Assembly (NCBI GenBank): GCA_048941015.1
Contig: JBHLNZ010000095.1
Coordinates: forward strand, 1-10,597
Source: Promethearchaeota archaeon
GTDB taxonomy: Archaea; Asgardarchaeota; Lokiarchaeia; Sigyniarchaeales; SOKP01
Reading direction: 5' to 3'
Length of the DNA stretch: 10,597 bases
This document shows positions 1 to 7,545 of the stretch, piece after piece (within the stretch, counting starts at the first letter, position 1; each line of letters opens with the position of its first letter). A program made the position numbers and the translations under genes. Below the pieces are notes generated by a model. The model was not told the DNA's origin, made no database searches, and saw nothing but the letters and a program-made list of their open reading frames with translations.

Positions 1-19
1 AGTTAAACTGTTTGGAAAA

Positions 20-1105
20 TTGAGAAAAATCCATATGGTTGAAGAAATTAAACCTCAAAATAAGTTTATCAAATGGGTAATAATTTTCATAACATTATTC
101 TTGGTTTATATAGTCATTTTCCAAGTTTTGTTTCAAATTTATTTTGTTGAAGATTTAATAAACGTTATTATTCTTTTCGTCATTTTTTTTGTATTTGGTT
201 TTATAATATCTATGATGATTTTTGATAAACTATTCCCTGTTATTAAATTAAATAAAGATTCAATAAGAATAAGGAAGGAAAAGATAAATAAAGGTGTGAA
301 AAGTACTAAGAGTGCTAATTTAAGTGGATTTGCTTCTCATCCTTGGGTATCAACGGTTTGCTTGATATTACTTTATTTTATTTTTCTCTACTTATCAACT
401 TATGTTCCTTACCCCTTACGACGTGAAGATTATTATTTATTTGTATGGAGACAATATCACACACCTGAATTTATTACATTTACTTACATATTTCAATTAT
501 ATTTCTATATACTAATAAAAAATCTAATTCAAGCTATTTTATGGATCTTGATTATCCCAAGATTAATGAAATTGCCGTATGGTAATACCAAAATTTTTGA
601 ATATTTTGAGGATATTGGATTAGGATTTTTGAAACGTATGAGTAAAAGAATAATGTTAGGGATAATGGTGATTTTAGTAATTTTATCACTAAATTTCTTG
701 TTATTTTCCGAATCAGAATTTATTTTAATTCCAAGTTTAATAACGTTTGCTCTTTATTTTGGTTTTGTCTTTTGGGAAGAAGTACTTTTTCGTGGAGTTT
801 TATTAAAGATATTTCTAAGAAGATATTCATTTAAAATAGCTATAATATTAGATGCATTAATCTATACCTTTATAATTAATATTCCGTTTTTAACATCAAT
901 TTCCTATGGTATTAATTACACCTTGCAAGTCTTAATATATCTTATAGTTAGTTTTATAATAGGTTTATCATTTGCCTATATGTGTGCTAAAGCGGAAAGT
1001 CTTATTCCAAGCATTATTGCACAAGTTTTTTTAATTGCCTTTAGTTTTCAACTGTCCAACTATTGGATATTTATGCTATCTGAACCGTTATTATATTTTT
1101 TATAA
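20..1105 (+). CDS. CPBP (CAAX protease/Abi, Rce1-like) family multi-pass membrane protein, catalytically degenerate; start uncertain (TTG 20, ATG 35, or upstream of the window)
   Basis: Highly hydrophobic protein with CPBP motif 1 'FWEEVLFRG' (EE at 776-781) and a typical CPBP C-terminal layout (...SFIIGLSFAYMCAKAESLIPSIIAQ). The expected His residues are absent. The frame is open back to position 2. Confidence 0.75.
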   Translation: MRKIHMVEEIKPQNKFIKWVIIFITLFLVYIVIFQVLFQIYFVEDLINVIILFVIFFVFGFIISMMIFDKLFPVIKLNKDSIRIRKEKINKGVKSTKSANLSGFASHPWVSTVCLILLYFIFLYLSTYVPYPLRREDYYLFVWRQYHTPEFITFTYIFQLYFYILIKNLIQAILWILIIPRLMKLPYGNTKIFEYFEDIGLGFLKRMSKRIMLGIMVILVILSLNFLLFSESEFILIPSLITFALYFGFVFWEEVLFRGVLLKIFLRRYSFKIAIILDALIYTFIINIPFLTSISYGINYTLQVLIYLIVSFIIGLSFAYMCAKAESLIPSIIAQVFLIAFSFQLSNYWIFMLSEPLLYFL

Positions 1106-1123
1106 TTACATTACATAATATTC

Positions 1124-1140
1124 AAGAAAAAAAGAAAAAA
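1124..1140 (-). terminator. Oligo-T archaeal-type terminator for the MDR gene
   Basis: Plus strand aagaaaaaaagaaaaaa is a T-rich tract on the minus strand just after the stop at 1152, between convergent genes. Confidence 0.45.
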
Positions 1141-1151
1141 TTTTATTAAAA

Positions 1152-2165
1152 TTACACTATATCAACTAAAATCTTAATATCATCATGTAAACCCTTAGCT
1201 AAATTTTCTATTTCTTCCGGAACATCGTTAAGAGTTATTGTTTTTGTTACTAATGGCATTACTTCTACTTTATTTTGTTCTATCAATCTAATTGCCGTAC
1301 TAAAGGATTCTTGATCAACTAAATACATCCCTTTCATTGTAAGATTTTTAGTCATAAATTGCAGAAATCCTTTCATCTCGAAAGTTTCGGGATGCATCCC
1401 GATTATAATGATCGTTCCTCCCATTTTAACAAGTTGCATAGAGGTCATTATTGTTTCTGGAATTCCAACACAATCAAACACATAGTCTGGTCCAATTTTA
1501 TTTGTAAGCTTTATAATTTTGCTCCACCTTTTAGGATCAAATACTTCATCTGCTCCTAATTTTAAAGCAATTTTTTGTTTTGCTTCAATCGGTTCAATAA
1601 CATATATATAACTTGCTCCAGCTGCTTTGAGAGCTTGGATAGTCATTAAACCTATTGGACCTGCTCCAAAAACTGCAGCATTATCGCCAACCTTTAAACC
1701 TGACATTCTAACAGCTTGAACTCCATTAGATAAAGGCTCGACTAATGCAGCTTCTTCGAAGGAAACCGAATCTGGTAATTTGTGAATTCTATCTGCTCTA
1801 ACTTTTAAAAATTCAGCCAAAGCTCCATCATGAGTGACACCAATTGTATAAAAGATACACATATTTTCTAAGCCATGATTACAATAATAACAATCTAAGC
1901 AAGGAACATTTGGATTCGCAGTAACCCGGTCACCAACTTTTAATTTCTTCACTTTTTCACCAAGCTCAACGATTTCTCCCGAAAATTCATGTCCTAATAT
2001 AATTTGTTGCGATTCCATCGCTCCTGTTAAATAAGATCCAATGTCAGATCCACAAATTCCACATTTTTGGACTTTAATTAATACTTCATCAGGGCCAATT
2101 TCTGGGTTTGGTAAATCTTCTCTTATTATAACCTTTCGCACTTCTGAAAAATATGCTCCCTTCAT
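1152..2165 (-). CDS. Zinc-dependent medium-chain dehydrogenase/reductase (sorbitol/threonine/butanediol dehydrogenase-like), probably NAD(H)-dependent
   Basis: Catalytic Zn motifs CGICGSD and GHEFSG; structural Zn CLDCYYCNHGLENMC; 'EEAALVEPL'; Rossmann GAGPIG; acidic residue after the second strand (VIEP). SD-like AGGTGTGA at 2177..2170. Confidence 0.93.
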   Translation of the reverse strand: MKGAYFSEVRKVIIREDLPNPEIGPDEVLIKVQKCGICGSDIGSYLTGAMESQQIILGHEFSGEIVELGEKVKKLKVGDRVTANPNVPCLDCYYCNHGLENMCIFYTIGVTHDGALAEFLKVRADRIHKLPDSVSFEEAALVEPLSNGVQAVRMSGLKVGDNAAVFGAGPIGLMTIQALKAAGASYIYVIEPIEAKQKIALKLGADEVFDPKRWSKIIKLTNKIGPDYVFDCVGIPETIMTSMQLVKMGGTIIIIGMHPETFEMKGFLQFMTKNLTMKGMYLVDQESFSTAIRLIEQNKVEVMPLVTKTITLNDVPEEIENLAKGLHDDIKILVDIV

Positions 2166-2200
2166 AAAATCACACCTGTTTTGTAAAATTTAAAAAAAAA

Positions 2201-3922
2201 TTATAATATTCCCATACTACCCATCAGTTTAGTAGCATCAGGGATATCAAATTGAATTTTAACGTCCAATACTGCTGGTTTTCCAGAATTTTTAGCTCTA
2301 TCCAAAGCAGATTTTAATTCATTAGGATCAGTAATAACTTCACTATAGCAACCAAATCCCTCAGCACATTTTGCATAATCGAAAGGTGGAAGATCAACAT
2401 CAATATAGCGTCCGCCTTCAAAAAGTTTTTGTCCTGATTTGATCATGCCCCATGCGTTATTATTTCCAATAACATAAATCAAATTCTTCAATCCTAATCT
2501 TACAGCTGTTTCTAAATCTTGAATATTTATCATGAAACTCCCATCACCAGAAATAGTGACAACTTGGTTATCTGGCTTAGCTAATTTAGCTCCTATTCCA
2601 AAAGGAACTGATGTTCCAAGTTGACCCATGCCAGAAGTTTGAAGCGTAGAAAGTGGATGTCTATCTTTATAGAAATCAATTTGTTCTACTGCGAAGCATA
2701 CAATATCTCCTCCATCCAAAATTAAAATAGCATCATCATCAATCCATTCTAACACTTCTTTAATCATCCGTTTAGGGATAATAGGAATTTTATCTTTGGA
2801 AGATTTCTTAATAGACGTTTGAATAGTTTTTTGTCTAAGATCATGAAGTTCTTCCAACCAATCTCGTTTTTGAATCTTTTCTAAATTTTTTACCTCTTCA
2901 AGGATTTGTTTTAAAAATTGCTTACAATCACCAACAATTCCTAACGTAATGGGCTTCTGACGACCAATTATGGTTGGATCTATATCAACCTGTATCATTT
3001 TTTGTGAATTTTTCCAGAATGGCTCATCTCCATGTCCCATTGTGAAAGAAAATCGACAACCTAATGCTAAAATAACATCAGCTTCAGATGCTGCTTTTAA
3101 ACCAGGTCCAGCAATTGAACAACCTAATAAACATTTTGATTTATTAGACATTGTGCCAATCCCCATAATTGAGGTCATTACTGGTATTTGAAGATATTCG
3201 GCAAATTCATGCAATTCATGCCATGCTTCAGAACGACTAACTCCACCTCCTGATACAATTAATGGTTTTTTTGCTTCTAATAAAAGATTCAAGGCTTTTT
3301 TGATTGCTTCTTTACTAATTGCAGGTTTTTCAAAAGCTCGATACTGTTCTTTATCCCATATAGATAATTTATTTTCCTCAATTTCTTCTAAAAATGCATC
3401 TTCATAAATTTCCAATAATACTGGACGAGGGCGTCCTCCAGTTGCTTCTCGAAAACATTTTTGCACAGATGATGGAATATCTTCAGCTTTCCGGACACTT
3501 TTTTGATATTTTGTAATTGGTTTAAACATCGTTATTTGATCAAGCCCTGCTTGTAAAGAAAAAGAATCTTCCCATTTTGAATTCAATTGTGGTACGATTG
3601 CAATAACGGGAATATTATCTCCCCAAGCAGCATTAATACCTGGTACGAGATCAACTGCTCCAGGACCAGCAGTCCCAAAACATACACCTGGAGTATTAGT
3701 TATTCTTGCCCAAGCATCCGCTGCGTGTGCTGCCGCTTGTTCATGTCTGAATAATATTGTTTGAATACCTTGTTCCCTGCCCCATCGATATACTGCATCA
3801 TACATATTTAGAAATTGCCCTCCTGGTATACCAAACATATATTTAACATTTTCTTTTAGAAGACATTTAATTAAAACGTCTCCTCCATTAACTTTTTTAG
3901 TTTCTTCTGTCAATTTCGGCAC
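2201..3922 (-). CDS. Thiamine-diphosphate-dependent enzyme of the acetolactate synthase superfamily (ILVBL/2-hydroxyacyl-CoA lyase-like); GTG start
   Basis: FGIPGG, catalytic-Glu motif RHEQAAAHAAD, TAGPG, middle domain PLIVSGGGV and QVDID, DGGD, and ThDP/Mg motif GDGSF...GNNNAWG. Confidence 0.92.
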   Translation of the reverse strand: MPKLTEETKKVNGGDVLIKCLLKENVKYMFGIPGGQFLNMYDAVYRWGREQGIQTILFRHEQAAAHAADAWARITNTPGVCFGTAGPGAVDLVPGINAAWGDNIPVIAIVPQLNSKWEDSFSLQAGLDQITMFKPITKYQKSVRKAEDIPSSVQKCFREATGGRPRPVLLEIYEDAFLEEIEENKLSIWDKEQYRAFEKPAISKEAIKKALNLLLEAKKPLIVSGGGVSRSEAWHELHEFAEYLQIPVMTSIMGIGTMSNKSKCLLGCSIAGPGLKAASEADVILALGCRFSFTMGHGDEPFWKNSQKMIQVDIDPTIIGRQKPITLGIVGDCKQFLKQILEEVKNLEKIQKRDWLEELHDLRQKTIQTSIKKSSKDKIPIIPKRMIKEVLEWIDDDAILILDGGDIVCFAVEQIDFYKDRHPLSTLQTSGMGQLGTSVPFGIGAKLAKPDNQVVTISGDGSFMINIQDLETAVRLGLKNLIYVIGNNNAWGMIKSGQKLFEGGRYIDVDLPPFDYAKCAEGFGCYSEVITDPNELKSALDRAKNSGKPAVLDVKIQFDIPDATKLMGSMGIL

Positions 3923-3943
3923 TTTAAATTTTAAATTTATAAT

Positions 3944-3959
3944 TACTTAAAACTTTGTT
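3944..3959 (-). promoter_or_regulatory. Candidate archaeal BRE-TATA promoter for a leaderless ThDP enzyme mRNA
   Basis: Minus strand reads AACAAAG-TTTTAAGTA, ending 21 nt before the GTG at 3922, with no SD upstream. The AT-rich context makes chance matches likely. Confidence 0.35.
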
Positions 3960-3999
3960 AACAGAATTTAAAAAATTAATCCTATCATTTTTGTTCAAT

Positions 4000-5040
4000 T
4001 TAGTAGGTGAATTTTTCTATTGAACCAATATAAGTTTTTAAATCATTTGAAATTTCTCGAATATTATTATTGTCCAAAATTAACTCATGAAGAAAATTTA
4101 GTTTAGTTAACTTTTTAGGTATTTCTTTAATATTATTATGAGATAAATCTAAAACTTCGAGATTTATAAGAGAAAATACGATCTCTGGAACATTTTGGAA
4201 ATTATTCCAACTTAAATTTAAAGATTTAAGACTTTTTAATTGAGAAAAAGATATAGGTAATTCTTTAATATAATTATGACTTAGATCTAAACTTTTTAAT
4301 GCGCTTAGATGTCCAATTGACTCAGGAATTTTAAGATCATTACTTTTAGCTAAATTTAGATCGTTAATTAAATTTAAGTATATCTCTGGAAAAATTAATC
4401 TATTTAATGAATTAAAAATAGTAGGATTTTCTTTAAGCAGAAACCAATTGAAGAAATTGAAATTAAGCGAAATAATTTGTTCATTTTTTATCTCTAACCA
4501 ACTATCTCCAATTTCTTTATAGAAATCATATGTTTTGAGGTCAAGATCGTAACTTGGTCTTTTAGAGGCAAATATAGATTCTATATCCAATATGAATAGT
4601 GCTTCTTTATCAATAATTCCAATATTATTAGCAATTTCTCCTACTTTTTTAACAACAGATTTAATTAATTGATTCCAATTAGGCTTTTTATAATTTTCAG
4701 ATAACTTAATGATTGCATTTAAAACAAGGGGTGATTTATCATGTTCTAGAGCCCAGAGTATTGTATTAAGCCCTTGATCTATATAATTATGAAGAATAAT
4801 TTCAGCTGCTGCACTTCTAATTAGTGCATTTTCATCTGATACAATGCAATTTTCTAATAGTTTAAACAATTTATTACTTTTTGTATGAATTCTTTTAAAA
4901 GCTTTAATGCTTTGTGTTCTAAGGTTTGTATCATCACTTCCTTCGATAAGAGAGATTAATAAATCTATGGCTAAATTTTTATTTATCCTATTATTTTCTA
5001 GGTCTGAGCAAATGGCATTAGGAGTTAAATAAGAATTCAT
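4000..5040 (-). CDS. HEAT-like N-terminal region plus C-terminal leucine-rich repeat protein
   Basis: N-terminal helical repeats (LLISLIEGSDDTNLRTQSIKAF; LLENCIVSDENALIRSAAAEII) and four LxxLxLxxNxI/F units spaced 23 aa apart (LKSLDLSHNYI, LKSLNLSWNNF, LEVLDLSHNNI, LHELILDNNNI). Confidence 0.88.
   Translation of the reverse strand: MNSYLTPNAICSDLENNRINKNLAIDLLISLIEGSDDTNLRTQSIKAFKRIHTKSNKLFKLLENCIVSDENALIRSAAAEIILHNYIDQGLNTILWALEHDKSPLVLNAIIKLSENYKKPNWNQLIKSVVKKVGEIANNIGIIDKEALFILDIESIFASKRPSYDLDLKTYDFYKEIGDSWLEIKNEQIISLNFNFFNWFLLKENPTIFNSLNRLIFPEIYLNLINDLNLAKSNDLKIPESIGHLSALKSLDLSHNYIKELPISFSQLKSLKSLNLSWNNFQNVPEIVFSLINLEVLDLSHNNIKEIPKKLTKLNFLHELILDNNNIREISNDLKTYIGSIEKFTY
4042..4335 (-). repeat. 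Protein-level leucine-rich repeat array (about 4 x 23 aa)
   Basis: Consensus LxxLxxLxLSxNxIxxLP repeated across residues ~236-333 of the 4000..5040 ORF. Confidence 0.85.
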
Positions 5041-5333
5041 TCATTATAAGATAATTAAAAAGAAAATTAAAAATTTAGTTTTATTCGAGTATATTCATAT
5101 ATTAAATTCAAAACTTTTTTCATGTAAAGAATAAATAAAAATGATTAAAATCAATTGTATTCTTTAGAGGTATCCAAATAATTATTCTATCCTAATTAAG
5201 AACTAAATTGTGGAATTTTTTTCCCATCAGATAAATAAGATTTATATCATAAATAAAAAAGATTTATATAATAAGACGGCTAGTTGATACTAAACATTTA
5301 ATTAAACATAAAATGTAAATAGGTTGATAAAAA

Positions 5334-5762
5334 ATGAGTGAAATGAAGAAAAAAGACTCGAATGAATTATTGAACATTTTGATGATAATTATCGGTGCCC
5401 TCTTCGTCTTAATGGGTATACTTAATGTCTTAGCTTGGGCAGGGATTAGCGTAGGATTTGATCTATCCAATCCTGCTATTCAAGCAGCACTTACTATACT
5501 CGGACCTTCAGGCTTAGTTTCTATTGTTCTTGGATTTTGGTGTTTAGTCTCAGGTATTGGCATGTTTCGTGAACAGGAATATGCTATGGGAATGGGTTTA
5601 GTTGTATTAAGTGTTATGGCTGTTCAGACCTTATCGATAATGTTATCTTGGTTTGGTACGACTTGGTATACAAATTGGATTAACTATATTATTTTAGTTG
5701 CATTTTTTATTGGAGCAGTTGGATTCTTTTGGTTACTCTTTACTTACAAAAGATATGATTAG
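5334..5762 (+). CDS. Hypothetical small integral membrane protein (~4 TM helices)
   Basis: 142 aa with four hydrophobic Gly-rich segments; SD-like AGGTTGA at 5321-5327; followed by a T-tract. Confidence 0.8.
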   Translation: MSEMKKKDSNELLNILMIIIGALFVLMGILNVLAWAGISVGFDLSNPAIQAALTILGPSGLVSIVLGFWCLVSGIGMFREQEYAMGMGLVVLSVMAVQTLSIMLSWFGTTWYTNWINYIILVAFFIGAVGFFWLLFTYKRYD

Positions 5763-5797
5763 AATATCTTATTTTAATGAAACAATCTAATTTCAAA

Positions 5798-5820
5798 TTT
5801 TTTTTCTTTTTTCTTTTGTT
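5798..5820 (+). terminator. Oligo-T terminator after the membrane protein gene
   Basis: Long T-rich tract (runs of T broken by single C/G) about 35 nt after the stop. Confidence 0.5.
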
Positions 5821-5910
5821 ATTTTTAATTAATTCTTTTAGGAACTTGGTTTATATCATTAATCAAAGCTACTTCACAAAATAAAAGATTTTAATTACTT
5901 AATCGTCTTA

Positions 5911-5940
5911 TTTATAAATTGGACAATATTATCCTATTTA
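5911..5940 (+). promoter_or_regulatory. Candidate TATA box (TTTATAAA, 5911-5918) overlapped by an imperfect 26-bp inverted repeat (5915-5940)
   Basis: TAAAT-t-GGA-c-AATATT-a-TCC-t-ATTTA, 11 of 13 pairs complementary, ending 25 nt before the ATG at 5966. Confidence 0.4.
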
Positions 5941-5965
5941 AATAATAATAGAGAATGGTAAAATT

Positions 5966-7495
5966 ATGAGAACTTTTGAACAATATGTTGAAGATTTAAA
6001 AAAAATGAAACCAAACATCTACATTGGAGATGAAAAAGTCGGGAGAGATGATCCGAGACTTAAAGGAGGTATGGGAATCATCAAAGAGACGTTTGATAAA
6101 GCACATGACCCTGAATGGGAGGACTTATGTACAGCAACTAGTCATTTAACGGGTAAAAAAATCAATAGATTTACTCATATTCATCAAAGTGAAGAAGACT
6201 TATTAAAGAAGCAAAAAATGACACGTCAACTATGTCATCGTGTTGGAGGATGTATTCAACGCTGTATGGGCATCGATTCACTCAACGCATTAAGCGTTAT
6301 AACCTATGAAATGGACCAAGCACTAGGAACAGATCATTATGAGCGATTTAAGAAATATATGGAATTTTTCCAAGAAAATGATTTGGTTGCGAGTTGCGCA
6401 CAAACCGATGCTAAAGGAGATCGATTAAAAAGACCACATCAACAAGATGATCCCGATCAGTATCTTAGAGTTATTGAAACTAGAGAAGATGGTATAATCG
6501 TTAGGGGATGTAAAGTTAATATTACTAATACTCCATATGCAGATGAATTCATAGCGGTCCCTTGCCGATATATGGGACCAGAAGATAAAGATTATGCTGT
6601 TGCTTTTGCATTACCATCAGATTGGGATGGAGTTAAGTTATTAACAAGACCAGCATGGGTAAGAGAGAGTAAAATTGTAGATTCTCCCGCGTCTAAACTT
6701 GGTGATTGTGAAACTTTTATAATTTTTGATGATGTATTTGTGCCTAAAGAGAGAGTTTTTTTAAATGGGCACGGAGACCCTAGGCAAACTCCTTATGCAG
6801 GATTTCTTGCACTTATGTTTGCACATTATCATAGACACAGTTATACTGGATGCAAACCTGCGATGTCTGAGGTCCTTGCTAGCTCCGCAGCCTTAGTAGC
6901 AGAATATAATGGGATCGAGAAAGCAAGTCATGCTCAAGACAAAATTTCTCATCTCATAGGGACGGCAGAACTTGTTTTTGCCGCTGGTGAATCTAGCGCT
7001 AAACATTCGGAAAAAGCACCGTCTGGAACTCAAGTACCAGACGAGATATTAACCAATGCAGGAAGAAGATTAGCTGGAGAAATGATCTATGAGGAATATA
7101 AAATATTAGCTGATCTTTCAGGGGGAATCATAGCAACTTTACCATTTGAAGGATCATTCTTCAATGAAGAGGTAGGAGAACTTGCTATGAAATATTTGAA
7201 AAGAAATCCTCGAATTAAACCCGAAAATATGTATAAATGTTTTAGGGGTATAGAAACATTAGCTGTTTCAGATCTAGGAGGGCTTATGCAGGTAGCGGGC
7301 ATACATGGTGGTGGTTCTCCTCAAATGGAAACAATTACAATGATGATGCGATACGATACAGAAAGACTGAAAGACATCGCTAAGTACCTTTTCGGAATTA
7401 AGTCGAAATTAAAACCATATGATAGACCGACAGTTACCCCCCGAAAACAATTAGAAAAGTTTAGAAAAGCAATGCAGAGGAAAACAGCAGAATAA
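5966..7495 (+). CDS. 4-hydroxybutyryl-CoA dehydratase/vinylacetyl-CoA delta-isomerase (AbfD)-like FAD/[4Fe-4S] protein (HpaB superfamily); divergent active site
   Basis: Cluster ligands CX3C (CIQRC, 6251-6265) and HX6C (HRHSYTGC, 6830-6853); QTDAKGDR; IFDDVFVPKERVF; C-terminal HGGGSPQ. Confidence 0.88.
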   Translation: MRTFEQYVEDLKKMKPNIYIGDEKVGRDDPRLKGGMGIIKETFDKAHDPEWEDLCTATSHLTGKKINRFTHIHQSEEDLLKKQKMTRQLCHRVGGCIQRCMGIDSLNALSVITYEMDQALGTDHYERFKKYMEFFQENDLVASCAQTDAKGDRLKRPHQQDDPDQYLRVIETREDGIIVRGCKVNITNTPYADEFIAVPCRYMGPEDKDYAVAFALPSDWDGVKLLTRPAWVRESKIVDSPASKLGDCETFIIFDDVFVPKERVFLNGHGDPRQTPYAGFLALMFAHYHRHSYTGCKPAMSEVLASSAALVAEYNGIEKASHAQDKISHLIGTAELVFAAGESSAKHSEKAPSGTQVPDEILTNAGRRLAGEMIYEEYKILADLSGGIIATLPFEGSFFNEEVGELAMKYLKRNPRIKPENMYKCFRGIETLAVSDLGGLMQVAGIHGGGSPQMETITMMMRYDTERLKDIAKYLFGIKSKLKPYDRPTVTPRKQLEKFRKAMQRKTAE

Positions 7496-7497
7496 AA

Positions 7498-7511
7498 TAT
7501 TTTTTTTCTTT
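7498..7511 (+). terminator. Oligo-T terminator after the AbfD-like gene
   Basis: T8 tract followed by CTTT directly after the stop, in the short convergent gap before 7546. Confidence 0.45.
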
Positions 7512-7545
7512 ATTTTAAAATCAATAAAATTTGACTTTAGATTTT

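Noticed and set aside
1359-1559. 66-aa plus-strand ORF
   Set aside because: Antisense shadow inside the well-supported MDR gene; no motifs.
2970-3191. 73-aa plus-strand ORF
   Set aside because: Antisense shadow inside the ThDP enzyme gene.
1152-3922. ilvB, or an alsS-bdh butanediol operon
   Set aside because: No ilv partners or acetolactate decarboxylase in the window, and motifs fit the ILVBL/lyase branch better. Not fully excluded, so no gene symbol was given.
5264-5470. 68-aa minus-strand ORF
   Set aside because: Overlaps antisense to the membrane protein gene, which has an SD-like site and a terminator.
7087-7302. 71-aa minus-strand ORF
   Set aside because: Antisense shadow inside the AbfD-like gene.
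5966-7495. Marker of 3HP/4HB or DC/4HB carbon fixation, or an HpaB aromatic monooxygenase
   Set aside because: No other cycle genes are in the window and the active-site loop is divergent. The retained Fe-S ligands and lack of a flavin reductase argue against HpaB.
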